Shown one piece after another: positions 27,372 through 41,312 of a stretch of 64,000 bases of DNA; position 1 is the first letter of the stretch, and every line of letters starts with the position of its first letter. Origin of the DNA: Escherichia phage vB_VIPECOOM01; sequence record OQ721909; one strand, written 5' to 3'. The notes below the pieces were generated by a model. The model was not told where the DNA came from and made no database searches. It saw nothing but the letters and a program-made list of their open reading frames with translations. The translations under genes were made by a program, and so were the position numbers.

Positions 27372-27608
27372 TTATTTACCTATCACAGTTTTAATATGAG
27401 TTGTTCCACGTTCTTTAAGAGTGGAAAGTAATTTTTGGCATTTTTCTAAATCAGATTTCCAACTATACGGTCTATCAATACAAACCCATTCTGACTTATA
27501 ATACTGCTTCCATTTAGAGAAAAAATATTTCTTATACTCTACAGCAAATGAAATGTTCTCGTTAGAATAAGAACTAATTGCTGTGAGCTGTACCAAACGA
27601 AATTTCAT
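27372..27608 (-). CDS. Hypothetical protein, 78 aa (position of T4 31.2)
   Basis: ATG ORF overlapping the cd stop (1 nt). Confidence 0.5.
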   Translation of the reverse strand: MKFRLVQLTAISSYSNENISFAVEYKKYFFSKWKQYYKSEWVCIDRPYSWKSDLEKCQKLLSTLKERGTTHIKTVIGK

Positions 27609-28189
27609 TATTCACCACAGAATTCGTTGATATTTTCCCAGTTTAACTTATTCAAGTTTTTCTTAGGAACATTAAACACTTCAATACCTGCATTTCGCAG
27701 AATATCATCCCAGCCAGGTTTATTTTTATCGTATGTTTCACAATAAACCAACTTTTTAATTCCAGATTGAGCTATCGCTTTTGCACAATCTGGGCAAGGA
27801 GAAAGTGTTACATACATAGTAGCACCTTCAATTGAAGAACCATTTCGTGCAGCAAACAAAATTGCATTTAGTTCAGCATGAATTTCATTTTTAGACGACC
27901 ATTCAGAATGAGCGCTGCGGTGTTCTTTCGCCAAGACAAAACGATCAGTTGAACCAAATGATACACATTCAGGCTTATGACCTTGAATGATAGTATGTTT
28001 AGGTTTATTCAACAACCAACCTTGCTCGGCAGCATAATCACAGCAATTCACACCGCCTGCAGGCGAACCGTTATATCCAGTAGAAATAATACGTCCATTC
28101 TTTTCAATTACTGCTCCTACCTTCCAGGAGCAACATTTTGATTCTTGTGATACTAAATATGCAATTTGAAGTACTGTACTCGCTTTCAT
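27608..28189 (-). CDS. cd: dCMP deaminase
   Basis: 193-aa ORF with zinc-binding HAE and PCPDC motifs; matches T4 Cd. Confidence 0.93.
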   Translation of the reverse strand: MKASTVLQIAYLVSQESKCCSWKVGAVIEKNGRIISTGYNGSPAGGVNCCDYAAEQGWLLNKPKHTIIQGHKPECVSFGSTDRFVLAKEHRSAHSEWSSKNEIHAELNAILFAARNGSSIEGATMYVTLSPCPDCAKAIAQSGIKKLVYCETYDKNKPGWDDILRNAGIEVFNVPKKNLNKLNWENINEFCGE

Positions 28190-28524
28190 TTCATAATCAC
28201 CAGATAAGCAGATTTAGCAGTTTCAACACGATAAATTTCGTGACGAAGTTTAGTTATACTTTTAATAACAGAACTAATTATATTCTGCCCATCTTTAAAG
28301 CGGTTTTTCTTATCAATAAAAATTGCACCAGCCATCTTTTTGTGAAGCTCAACTGGATACTTCGTCACAATAATAGCATCATACACAGAAGGATGAATAC
28401 TATTCACTAAAGTATCGTTCATCAAAGTTATTCTAATGAACTGAGCTGTTTCAGAGTCAAGCGCTCTATGATCGCCAGTATCATTTTCAAGACAATTATC
28501 AATTATATCAGTTAAATTCATCAT
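28186..28524 (-). CDS. Hypothetical protein, 112 aa (position of T4 cd.1)
   Basis: ATG ORF with 4-nt overlap to cd. Confidence 0.5.
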   Translation of the reverse strand: MMNLTDIIDNCLENDTGDHRALDSETAQFIRITLMNDTLVNSIHPSVYDAIIVTKYPVELHKKMAGAIFIDKKNRFKDGQNIISSVIKSITKLRHEIYRVETAKSAYLVIMK

Positions 28525-28757
28525 AGTACGCCATACACCCTTTGTGCTTCAACTAATCCATCAAAATCCAATTTGAGATGCGTTATTTGGTCACCATCAC
28601 CTGGATTCACAATTACTAATACTGAACGAGGAGTTTCGGTAATAACACGAACCGATGTTTCTGGAAATCGTTCAGAAACCTTATTTACTAATTCCTGAGC
28701 AAATAGTTTAACTTTTTCTTGGAATTCTTTAACAGTAATTGGTTTTTCGCTTAGCAT
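28521..28757 (-). CDS. Hypothetical protein, 78 aa (position of T4 cd.2)
   Basis: ATG ORF, coupled array. Confidence 0.5.
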   Translation of the reverse strand: MLSEKPITVKEFQEKVKLFAQELVNKVSERFPETSVRVITETPRSVLVIVNPGDGDQITHLKLDFDGLVEAQRVYGVL

Positions 28758-29278
28758 GTTGATCCCAGCTCCTTACTTTCAACGTTTTTAACTAATTTGA
28801 CAGAAACTAATTCAGCATCTTGAGTAATCATTACCGGACCTTCTTCATACTCTTCGAGATATTCTAGAGCTTTCTTTTTAGCTTCTTCCTTCGTATCAGT
28901 TTGAGCATAGATATAAAACATACAACCAGTAATACCTACTACTTTCCACTTAATTTCTTTATCAGCTTTAATTTCAAATTTACTGACAGAGTCATCTTTT
29001 TGAACTTCTTCGAAAAAAGAATATTCTAACATATAAGCAATTGAAAATAACGGGCTAACTTTATAGGATTCGCCCATTACATCAACAGCTTTATACCAGC
29101 AATCATCAATTTCACGTTTAATGCTAATAACATTTTTCGCAGGATCTATTTTTACTTTAAATGAATTTTCCCCAATAAACTGGGCAATTCGTTTATTAGC
29201 CCCACAGGTTTCATTAAAAATATCTTTATATCCAGCTTTAAAGCGATAAACCTTATCTTCTTCAAACCATTCGCTCAT
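28751..29278 (-). CDS. Hypothetical protein, 175 aa (position of T4 cd.3)
   Basis: ATG ORF downstream of an early-type promoter. Confidence 0.55.
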   Translation of the reverse strand: MSEWFEEDKVYRFKAGYKDIFNETCGANKRIAQFIGENSFKVKIDPAKNVISIKREIDDCWYKAVDVMGESYKVSPLFSIAYMLEYSFFEEVQKDDSVSKFEIKADKEIKWKVVGITGCMFYIYAQTDTKEEAKKKALEYLEEYEEGPVMITQDAELVSVKLVKNVESKELGSTC

Positions 29279-29308
29279 TTCAATTTCCTCATTTGTTTTG
29301 GTAGAGCT

Positions 29309-29338
29309 ATAATATCACAACTCTACCGTAAAGTAAAC
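29309..29338 (-). promoter_or_regulatory. Early-type promoter with inverted repeat flanking the -10
   Basis: Minus strand GTTTAC, 18 nt, TATTAT; 7-bp inverted repeats GGTAGAG / CTCTACC bracket the -10. Confidence 0.4.
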
Positions 29339-29340
29339 TG

Positions 29341-29616
29341 TTAAATTGCTTTGAATTCTGATGTCTGCGATTCAAAACGAATATCGCCTTTGATAACTAG
29401 CTCAGCATCAAGACCGAACACAACAATGATATGCGCGGAGCCTGGATACAGTGTAATGGCGATAGAATCAACCTGGTCTGGAAGTAAAGTGTTCAATACA
29501 TGAGTCACTTGAGCATGAATTCGAAGCTCAGCTGCGTTATCAAGCTTTTCAAACATATTATTAGCTATAATTTGGCTAAACACTACTTCTACGATTTTAG
29601 AATAAGTCGGAAACAT
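29341..29616 (-). CDS. Hypothetical protein, 91 aa (position of T4 cd.4)
   Basis: ATG ORF; synteny only. Confidence 0.5.
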   Translation of the reverse strand: MFPTYSKIVEVVFSQIIANNMFEKLDNAAELRIHAQVTHVLNTLLPDQVDSIAITLYPGSAHIIVVFGLDAELVIKGDIRFESQTSEFKAI

Positions 29617-29618
29617 AT

Positions 29619-29819
29619 TTACCTCACATAATTTTCTTCAAGCCAATCAATAACATCTAAAGCATTATCAAAAATTGAGCCATCTACTTTGTCTTCTGTT
29701 TCATAATCAAGAACATCTAAGCCTACTCTTCCATCAACAATAGGCCATAAACAAAATAGATATTTCTTTTCTTTTTCAATCTTATCGCAAAGACGATAAA
29801 TCTTTTCTAAGTTATTCAT
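29619..29819 (-). CDS. Hypothetical protein, 66 aa (position of T4 cd.5)
   Basis: ATG ORF; synteny only. Confidence 0.5.
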   Translation of the reverse strand: MNNLEKIYRLCDKIEKEKKYLFCLWPIVDGRVGLDVLDYETEDKVDGSIFDNALDVIDWLEENYVR

Positions 29820-30008
29820 AAGTTTTCCATGGTAAAGGCAGTTTAGTTTTCTTTACTGTTAGTTCAACATCAGGATTCTTTTCTCTTAATTTAAGACATT
29901 CCTCCCAAGCCCTGATTTCACTAGTGAATACGCAAAATTGCCCATCACTAGTACCAACTAAACCACTATTTACAATAACAATAGCCCAAGTTTCATGATG
30001 TAAAGCCA

Positions 30009-30009
<1 letters not shown>
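29812..30009 (-). CDS. Hypothetical protein, about 65 aa
   Basis: Internal ATG at 30009 overlaps the pseT stop (TGATG); the track ORF extends to 30039 inside pseT; start uncertain. Confidence 0.4.
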
Positions 30010-31230
<1,221 letters not shown>

Positions 31231-31234
<4 letters not shown>

Positions 31235-31461
31235 CTATTTTTCTCAACCAATGATTGAATATAATCATGCAGGTCTTTAGATGCTTTACCCCACTTATTT
31301 TGATATTCATTTTTAAGATTAGCACGTGATTGAGCTAATAAAACATCATTAGTTGGAGGTAAAGATTCTAATCGTTGAATCTGGCGACCATAAATCATTG
31401 CAGCCATTTCGGATTCATAAATCAATCCTTTAAGATGTTCAAATTGATGCCATGAAATCAT
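31231..31461 (-). CDS. Hypothetical protein, 76 aa
   Basis: ATG ORF with 4-nt overlaps to both neighbours. Confidence 0.5.
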
Positions 31462-31757
31462 TTACATTTATCCTCTTTTAACTCTTGACGATAATAACAT
31501 ATCATAGTTTTCTGGTCATGCACATATCGTTTTACATCATTAAGCCAAATACGAAATTCCTGGGAATCTTCAAATGGCATACCGACCCAAGCTTTACCAT
31601 CGATAACTTTAACTTGCCAAGATAGTTTAGCTTCATCATATGACTTTATCTGCACAGGCCAATTAGGATGAACTGTTTCTTTCTTTACTTCTAGAGGCTT
31701 TGTCGAACAACCAACTAGAAGACCAATAGATAATATTACTGCTGATAGTTTAATCAT
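31458..31757 (-). CDS. Outer-membrane spanin lipoprotein (o-spanin, Rz1 equivalent)
   Basis: 99 aa; signal peptide with lipobox LVGC (MIKLSAVILSIGLLVGCS); C-terminal Cys residues; directly downstream of the i-spanin with a 4-nt overlap. Corresponds to T4 PseT.2 by my recollection. Confidence 0.7.
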   Translation of the reverse strand: MIKLSAVILSIGLLVGCSTKPLEVKKETVHPNWPVQIKSYDEAKLSWQVKVIDGKAWVGMPFEDSQEFRIWLNDVKRYVHDQKTMICYYRQELKEDKCK

Positions 31758-32107
31758 TTAGAAAGGTCCTGGATGTCTTCTGCAAACTTGTTGAAGGAGT
31801 TGTTGATTTGTTTTTCAACCAATCCTGGTTTATGAGCCACCACATCCGCCTTCTTTGCGTCTTTGCGCAGTTTTTCATTTTCACGCTCAATAGCAGCAAT
31901 TGCCTCACGATTTTTATTATTCATCGCATCAATATAATTATATTGAATTTTTAAATCATTTAATGCTAAAGCGTTTTCATTGGCCGTTTTTGTAATTTCT
32001 ACAACAGACGTTTCTAATCTTTCAATTTTACTTTTTAAAATTAAAGAAGTTCCGCCCAATGCAATTACAATTAATAACAAACCCGCTGTCGTATTACTTA
32101 ATTGCAT
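31754..32107 (-). CDS. Inner-membrane spanin (i-spanin, Rz equivalent)
   Basis: 117 aa; N-terminal transmembrane segment AGLLLIVIALGGTSLIL followed by a coiled-coil periplasmic domain. Corresponds to T4 PseT.3 by my recollection. Confidence 0.7.
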   Translation of the reverse strand: MQLSNTTAGLLLIVIALGGTSLILKSKIERLETSVVEITKTANENALALNDLKIQYNYIDAMNNKNREAIAAIERENEKLRKDAKKADVVAHKPGLVEKQINNSFNKFAEDIQDLSK

Positions 32108-32604
32108 AAAGTTTTAATAACCTCTACAATATCGTCTTGAGAAAGACCGTTAATTAAAATATGATGTTCAGCCGGAGATTTAGAAATTTTAAAGCATGCC
32201 TCAACATCTTCTGCCATATCTGATGCACTACGATTTGGATTACTAATTCCAAGACGATGTTTTCCCGTTAAAGGATTAACGATGATATAGCATTTACAGT
32301 TATTAATATGAACATTAGGTTGAGTCTGATTAATGAACACATCACAATCATATTTTGCAAGCTGATTTTCTAAAAAGACTTTCATCTCCTCAACCGCATC
32401 AGGAAGCATATCACGGGCTTGCTCAAGACGACGATTTCGATATTCTTTAATGGTCGTTTTCCGCTTGACTTGCTTAGCTAAATCTTTCTTAAGATCGGTG
32501 ATATATCCAACTCGACGATTTCCTTTAAATACAGAAATCCCATCTGTAGTATCACCGTATGCTTCAACGACCATTTCAGTAGTAATAAGCTGTAAATCCA
32601 TCAT
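32098..32604 (-). CDS. alc: Alc (blocks host transcription elongation on cytosine DNA)
   Basis: 167-168 aa ORF between the spanins and rnlA, where T4 encodes alc; assigned by synteny and size. Confidence 0.75.
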   Translation of the reverse strand: MMDLQLITTEMVVEAYGDTTDGISVFKGNRRVGYITDLKKDLAKQVKRKTTIKEYRNRRLEQARDMLPDAVEEMKVFLENQLAKYDCDVFINQTQPNVHINNCKCYIIVNPLTGKHRLGISNPNRSASDMAEDVEACFKISKSPAEHHILINGLSQDDIVEVIKTLCN

Positions 32605-32632
32605 AAAGTCCTCATGTTATGTCAGTAAGACT

Positions 32633-32662
32633 ACTGTAACACAACACGAGGGACTTGTAAAC
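32633..32662 (-). promoter_or_regulatory. Early-type sigma70 promoter upstream of alc
   Basis: Minus strand GTTTAC, 18 nt, TACAGT; about 50 bp nearly identical to the cassette at 16846-16895. Confidence 0.4.
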
Positions 32663-32665
32663 AGC

Positions 32666-34253
<1,588 letters not shown>

Positions 34254-34280
34254 AATAAAATGGGCCTTACGGCCCACTCC

Positions 34281-35459
34281 TTAAAAATATTTTTTAAAAC
34301 TCATCATAACTTTATCATCAACATCATTATCAATCTGTGCTACAAGGTAAGATGACAGTTCTACTTCTTGCGGCGCTGATTGAACATTATCAGAATTAAG
34401 GTATTCACGAATCCAAGGATACGGATGTTTAACCGGAGCATCGGTAATTGGGCATGGAAGACCGCACTGTTTCATACGAGATACAGTTAAGTAATCAATA
34501 AAGCTCCACATGCTATTTGTATTTAATCCAGGAACATCACCATCTTTAAATAAATGAACTGCCCAGTCTTTTTCTTGACGGTTAACTTCCATGAAAATAT
34601 CAACTGCTTCTTGTTCACACTCTTGAGCAATTTTAACCCATTCATCACCGTCAGTGCCAAGTTGAAGTTGACGAATAATGTACTGGGTACCTTTAAGGTG
34701 AAGCTGTTCATCACGTGCAATGAACTTCATAATCTTAGCATTACCTTCCATGATTTCCATATTTTTGTGGAAGTTAAAGGTACATGCGAAAGATACGTAA
34801 AAACGAATAGCTTCCAGGGCATTGATTACATGGAGACAGAGATAAAGGGACTTCATTAAAGCACGTTTAGCTTCGGCTTCTTGTTTAATAGCTCGGTTTA
34901 AACGAAAGACAGCATCAGGAGATTCTTTAGCTAGTTCTACAAATTCTTTAGCATTTTCCCATTCACGGGTTTTAATCAGAACATCATCATAATAACGCCC
35001 AATGGATTCAGCACGTTTCATAATAGCTTCATCTAATACAATTTCATCAAATACCTTCGATGGATCAGTATAAAGATTTCGCATGATATGAGTATATGAA
35101 CGACTGTGAATAGTTTCACTAAAAGTCCATGTAGCAACCCATGTATCAAGGCTTGGATCTGAAATTAATGACATAAGTACAGCAGACGGTGCACGACCCT
35201 GAATGCTATCCAAAAGTGATTGATACTTCAGGTTATTAGTAAAAATATCTTGCTGATACTGAGGAAGCTTGTTAAATTGTGCAGCATCCATCATTAAGTT
35301 TACTTCTTCAGGACGCCAGAAAAATGATAATTGCTTTTCGGTTAAATCTTCAAAAACTTTATGACGTTGAATATCATAACGCGCAATACCAAGACCTGAA
35401 CCAAAAAACATAGGTTCTTTTAAAACATCGACTGGATTTGTATTAAAAACTGTGCTCAT
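34281..35459 (-). CDS. nrdB: Ribonucleotide reductase small subunit (class Ia), uninterrupted
   Basis: 392-aa continuous ORF, MSTVFNTNPVDVLKEPMFFGSGLGIARYDIQRHKVFEDL; no intron or inserted ORF. Confidence 0.95.
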   Translation of the reverse strand: MSTVFNTNPVDVLKEPMFFGSGLGIARYDIQRHKVFEDLTEKQLSFFWRPEEVNLMMDAAQFNKLPQYQQDIFTNNLKYQSLLDSIQGRAPSAVLMSLISDPSLDTWVATWTFSETIHSRSYTHIMRNLYTDPSKVFDEIVLDEAIMKRAESIGRYYDDVLIKTREWENAKEFVELAKESPDAVFRLNRAIKQEAEAKRALMKSLYLCLHVINALEAIRFYVSFACTFNFHKNMEIMEGNAKIMKFIARDEQLHLKGTQYIIRQLQLGTDGDEWVKIAQECEQEAVDIFMEVNRQEKDWAVHLFKDGDVPGLNTNSMWSFIDYLTVSRMKQCGLPCPITDAPVKHPYPWIREYLNSDNVQSAPQEVELSSYLVAQIDNDVDDKVMMSFKKYF

Positions 35460-35510
35460 AAATTTTCCGCTTAGTTAATAGTTGGTGACTCGTCCATGAG
35501 TCAAATTATA

Positions 35511-37775
35511 TCATAATTTACAGGATGAACAATCTTCAGCTTTTGGAGTTTCTATTTCGTAATCATCAGTACCGGAACCATCACGAGTATTATGATAATA
35601 GAAGTTTTTAATTCCATAATACCATCCATATAGCATGTCATCAATCATTATTGACATTGGAACCTTTCCTTTTGGAAAAATCTGTGGGTCATAATATGTA
35701 TTCGCTGAAGCTGATTGACATACCCATTTCAGCATAATAGCTACCTGCGTAAGATAAGGTTTATTACCTTTCTTAGCTAATTTCCATGTATAATCATAGA
35801 GGTCTATGTTATGCTCAATATTGGGCACGACTTGATTAAAGGAACCCTCTTTTGATTCTTTAACAGAGACTGGTCCACGTGGAGGCTCGATACCGTTTGT
35901 ACTGTTAGAAACTTGGGAAGATGACTCACATGGCATAAGTGCTGATAATGTGCTATTACGGATGCCAAAGAGCTTAAGGTCTTCCCGCAGCGACGACCAG
36001 TCACAAACGTATTTTGGAGCTGCGATTTGGTCAATCTTTTTATTGTACCAGTCGATAGGTAATTCGCCTCGAGACCAACGAGTGTCTGAATAATATTCGC
36101 AAGGTCCTTTTTCTTTGGCGAGCTTAATGGATGCTTTAATGAGTCCATACTGTAATCTCTCAAACAATTCATGAGTCAAATCGTTAGCGTCTTCATATGA
36201 AGCAAAGTTAGAAGCTAACCATGCAGCATAGTTAGTAACACCTACACCAAGATTTCGACGCTTTTTAGCTTTTTCTGCTTCAGGAACTGGATATCCTTGG
36301 TAATCCAAAAGATTATCAAGAGCACGAACTTGAACTTCTGCTAATTCATTAATTTTATCTTGGTCTTGCCAATCGAAGTTATCTAACACAAATGCAGATA
36401 ACGTACACAATCCAATTTCAGCATCAGGACCATTCACATCATTAGTTGGAATAGCAATTTCACAACACAAGTTACTCTGACGAATAGGTGCCTTTTCACG
36501 AATAAATGGAGTATAGTTATTCGTATTATCAATGAACTGTACATAAATCCTTGCTGTTCCTGATCGTTCAGTCATTAGCAATTCAAACAGTTCACGGGCT
36601 TTAATACGCTTTTTACGAATATTAGGGTCTTTTTCTGCGGCTTCATATAATTCACGGAAACGATCTTGGTCTTTAAAATAAGAATAATAAAGCTCGCCAC
36701 CCATTTCATGCGGACTGAACAAAGTAATGTAGTCGTTCTTTCCAAAACGTTCCATCATTAGGTCATTCAGCTGAACGCCATAATCCATATGACGGATACG
36801 GTTTTCTTCTACACCTTTGTTATTTTTCAAAACGAGAAGATTTTCAACTTCCAAATGCCAAATAGGATAATAAGCAGTAGCAGCGCCGCCACGAATTCCG
36901 CCCTGTGAACATGATTTAACAGCAGTCTGAAAATGTTTCCAAAAAGGAATAACACCAGTATGACGCACTTCACCTGTGCCAATCTTAGAACCTTCGGCAC
37001 GAATCATACCAACGTTAATACCGATTCCGGCTCGTTTAGAAATATACTCAACAATTGAAGCAGAAGCCTTATTGATAGACTTCAGCGAATCGCCTGCCTC
37101 AATAACGACGCATGAACTAAACTGCCGAGTTGGAGTACGACATCCAGCCATAATAGGAGTAGGCAGTGAAATCTGTCGAGTAGATACTGCTTCATAAAAA
37201 CGAATAACATGTTTTAATCTGTCAACAGGTTCATCTTGATGCAATGCCATTCCAATAGTCATAAATGCAAACTGTGGAGTTTCATAAATTTGACCAGTGG
37301 TTTTATCTTTAACGAGATATTTTTCTTTTAATTGCATCGCCCCGGAATAAGTAAATTCCATATCCCGCTCATGCTTAATTTTTGATTCTAAAAATGTAAT
37401 TTCTTCTGCAGAATATTTTGACAACAATTCAGGGTCATATTTACCTTCATTTACACAGTAAGAAATATGGTCAATAAATGAACGGGGCTCATACTGTCCG
37501 TACACATGTTTACGAAGAGCAAACATTAAACAACGTGCAGCTACGTATTGATAATCAGGCTCTTCAACCGAAATAGAATTCGCAGCAGCCTTAATTACAA
37601 TAGTTTGAATGTCATCAGTGGTCATTCCATCACGGAGATATGATTTAATATTTTCATATAATTCATAAGGATCTACAGATGTTCCTTCAGCTGCCCAAGA
37701 TAAAACTTTAATAATTTTTTGCGGGTCAAAGCTCTGAGAAACACCACTACTTTTGATAACATTAATTAATTGCAT
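35511..37775 (-). CDS. nrdA: Ribonucleotide reductase large subunit (class Ia)
   Basis: 754-aa ORF with ATP-cone N-terminus and C-terminal CxxC tail (EDCSSCKL); same size as T4 NrdA. Confidence 0.95.
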   Translation of the reverse strand: MQLINVIKSSGVSQSFDPQKIIKVLSWAAEGTSVDPYELYENIKSYLRDGMTTDDIQTIVIKAAANSISVEEPDYQYVAARCLMFALRKHVYGQYEPRSFIDHISYCVNEGKYDPELLSKYSAEEITFLESKIKHERDMEFTYSGAMQLKEKYLVKDKTTGQIYETPQFAFMTIGMALHQDEPVDRLKHVIRFYEAVSTRQISLPTPIMAGCRTPTRQFSSCVVIEAGDSLKSINKASASIVEYISKRAGIGINVGMIRAEGSKIGTGEVRHTGVIPFWKHFQTAVKSCSQGGIRGGAATAYYPIWHLEVENLLVLKNNKGVEENRIRHMDYGVQLNDLMMERFGKNDYITLFSPHEMGGELYYSYFKDQDRFRELYEAAEKDPNIRKKRIKARELFELLMTERSGTARIYVQFIDNTNNYTPFIREKAPIRQSNLCCEIAIPTNDVNGPDAEIGLCTLSAFVLDNFDWQDQDKINELAEVQVRALDNLLDYQGYPVPEAEKAKKRRNLGVGVTNYAAWLASNFASYEDANDLTHELFERLQYGLIKASIKLAKEKGPCEYYSDTRWSRGELPIDWYNKKIDQIAAPKYVCDWSSLREDLKLFGIRNSTLSALMPCESSSQVSNSTNGIEPPRGPVSVKESKEGSFNQVVPNIEHNIDLYDYTWKLAKKGNKPYLTQVAIMLKWVCQSASANTYYDPQIFPKGKVPMSIMIDDMLYGWYYGIKNFYYHNTRDGSGTDDYEIETPKAEDCSSCKL

Positions 37776-38092
37776 AAGTCCTCAACTTGAAAATCGTCTT
37801 TAAACAATCGGTTAACTATATGAGCTATTATATCACCATGACACGGCTTTGGTTTACATGTGCATCCTAGCCTCATTCCACGTAAAGGCTCTAAATGTGC
37901 TTTAGTTATTTCTCCGGATTTAATTCGACGTATAAAATCTTTTTTGAATAATTCAATGGCAGCCTCCCGGCTGCCAGCATCTTTACCGACGTAATTTCCC
38001 CAAAATGTACCACGGTGAATATTAACATCAAAGTCGGATTTATATTTATTCACTACCTGGCATAGACGGCCCGCGCGGCGATAATTCGTCAT
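37766..38092 (-). CDS. Hypothetical protein, 108 aa (position of T4 nrdA.1)
   Basis: ATG ORF; contains CTCKPKPCH Cys/His cluster. Confidence 0.55.
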   Translation of the reverse strand: MTNYRRAGRLCQVVNKYKSDFDVNIHRGTFWGNYVGKDAGSREAAIELFKKDFIRRIKSGEITKAHLEPLRGMRLGCTCKPKPCHGDIIAHIVNRLFKDDFQVEDLCN

Positions 38093-38309
38093 ATTGTTTT
38101 TCCGTTAAAACAGTAATATCATAGTAACAATCTGAAGAAGTTTTAACTGTAGAAATTTTATTATCAAAATACTCACGAGTCATTTTATGAGTATAATATT
38201 TTTTGCCGTAAATGATAATAGGCTGATTTGGTCCTGGAACTTCTAACTCACTTGGGTTAGGAAGTGTAAAAAGAACTACACCAGAAGTATCTTTAAATCG
38301 TAAAATCAT
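38046..38309 (-). CDS. Hypothetical protein, 87 aa (position of T4 nrdA.2)
   Basis: ATG ORF overlapping the downstream gene by 47 nt. Confidence 0.5.
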   Translation of the reverse strand: MILRFKDTSGVVLFTLPNPSELEVPGPNQPIIIYGKKYYTHKMTREYFDNKISTVKTSSDCYYDITVLTEKQYDELSPRGPSMPGSE

Positions 38310-38327
38310 ATATCCTCACAATTAAAA

Positions 38328-39187
38328 TTACACCGCCATTTTTCCTTTCAAGACACCATGGGACTGATAATCTTTGAGAACGAAATCTCGCGCTGTCATA
38401 TATTCAGTTAACCAATACATTTGAGTTTCAGTATCGCATTGACTGAATCCATTAGGCCAATTAATACTGAGTTTGCACAGGTCCATAGGGGTTCTATTTA
38501 ATATCTCTTTGCATTGCTCAATATGGTTAGAATAAATGTGTGTATTGCCGCCCGAGAATATCAAATCGCCCGGAACTAGTTCACACATGTCAGCAACAAT
38601 ATGTAAGAGAGCAGCATAGCTCGCGATGTTAAATGGAAGACCGAGGAAAACATCTACCGAGCGTTGATACCATTGGAGGTCAAGGTATCCGTTACGAACA
38701 TTAAACTGATAGAACATGTGACAAGGTGGTAATGCCATTTGCTTAAGTTCAGCTGGATTCCACGCTGACACAATTTGACGCCTATCGTTTGGAAATGTTT
38801 TAATACGATTAACAACTTCTACAATTTGGTCTACACCGCCAAAATCACGCCATTGTTTTCCGTAAATTGGACCAAGTTCACCACTATGATATCCTAAATC
38901 TTTTGCTTGATTTTCGTAATTTTCATCCCAAATCGTTTTTCCAGCAATTAAAGATCCATGAGTACGTTTACGTAGATCATTTACGTTAGTACTTCCTGAC
39001 AGAAACCATAGTAACTCAGAAATACATGCATTCCAAGCGAGCTTCTTAGTCGTTACTGCAGGAAAACCTTTAGTTAAATCCCAGCGTAATTTAGTACCGA
39101 ACAAAGCAATTGTTCCTGTGCCTGTTCGGTCATCGGTTTCGTAGCCATTTTCTAGAATATCTTTAATTAAAAATTGGTATTGTTGCA

Positions 39188-39188
<1 letters not shown>
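38328..39188 (-). CDS. td: Thymidylate synthase, uninterrupted
   Basis: 286 aa from ATG at 39188 (MQQYQFLIKD...); catalytic Cys in ALPPCHMFYQF; continuous ORF, so no group I intron. Confidence 0.93.
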
Positions 39189-40213
<1,025 letters not shown>

Positions 40214-40229
<16 letters not shown>

Positions 40230-40573
40230 TGAAAAGGGCCAGGAACATATCCGCTAGAGTTAACCATTTTAACTAAAGTTGCCATTCCTCTATTAACTGC
40301 TTGTGCGATTTCATCAAAAATTTTGTCACTACCACCGTAAAAGTCATTAAAAAATTCTAACGCGTTCTCCCGAACTTTTAATTTACGGCCGACAATTTCG
40401 CCTACAGTAAATTCTCTTCCGCAAAATCCAGTGTAAATTGTAATTACACCCGTTAACTGACTTTCACGGGAATTTATGTCGTGTGATAAATTAATAAAAG
40501 CCGTCCCACGCGCGGTTTTAAGTTGGCAACGAATTTTTACTTGAGTAATTCCAGTTACATGAATGTCAGACAT
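40214..40573 (-). CDS. Hypothetical protein, 119 aa (position of T4 frd.2)
   Basis: ATG ORF; synteny only. Confidence 0.5.
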
Positions 40574-40583
40574 AATATTTTCC

Positions 40584-40826
40584 TCAAACAGACTTTTTCA
40601 CAATTTTCCAATCAGCTTTAAACTGATCAACGTCAGAATAGTAAATCCAGAATCCTGCGCTTTCTCCATCCTCATAAAGAGGGCATCCATCGCATTCATC
40701 TTCCCATCCCATATCACGTAAAAGATGTTCAGCTTTTTCAACAAGTTCAGAATCTTTACCAATGATATTAAAATACCATTTACCTCTAACTTCTGAATCT
40801 TTAATGCTCTGGCGTTGTAATCTCAT
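40584..40826 (-). CDS. Hypothetical protein, 80 aa (position of T4 frd.3)
   Basis: ATG ORF; Cys-containing acidic protein. Confidence 0.5.
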   Translation of the reverse strand: MRLQRQSIKDSEVRGKWYFNIIGKDSELVEKAEHLLRDMGWEDECDGCPLYEDGESAGFWIYYSDVDQFKADWKIVKKSV

Positions 40827-40880
40827 TTTATTCTCCTTAGTTGATAGGGTAATAGTATCACACTACTACCCTGTTGTAAA

Positions 40881-41267
40881 CTACTTTTTGAAAGTTTTTC
40901 GCAAAAGTTCAATGATTTCATCTACATTGTTTTCGTCTACAATGCAGTGAATTTTTGTTACGCCAGAAATCTTGTCTTCGACTTCATCTTCTTCAGAAGT
41001 CGGTTCTTTATACTCGCGGAAACAATAAAACTCTTCTTCACTAAGTTCAAAATAATCATCACCCATACCATCATCATTATAGATTTCGCCATTAGCACAA
41101 ATGATTTCAGTTACATAATCAAATCCATCTAAACTTGATATTGATTTAACTTCAAACCAACCACCATTTTCTTGAATGATGCCGACCATATTAGCATTTG
41201 ATGAACTAATATCAATGAAAGATTTAATACGATGTGGATTTAACTCATATTTTTTGCCAATTTCCAT
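40881..41267 (-). CDS. Hypothetical acidic protein, about 128 aa
   Basis: ATG at 41267 with a GAGGA RBS (the track start at 41282 lacks an RBS); preceded by an intercistronic hairpin AGGGGCT-TGACA-GCCCCT; not recognised from T4. Confidence 0.5.
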   Translation of the reverse strand: MEIGKKYELNPHRIKSFIDISSSNANMVGIIQENGGWFEVKSISSLDGFDYVTEIICANGEIYNDDGMGDDYFELSEEEFYCFREYKEPTSEEDEVEDKISGVTKIHCIVDENNVDEIIELLRKTFKK

Positions 41268-41312
41268 TTTGATTTTCCTCATTTTGATAGGGGCTTGACA
41301 GCCCCTTGATAA

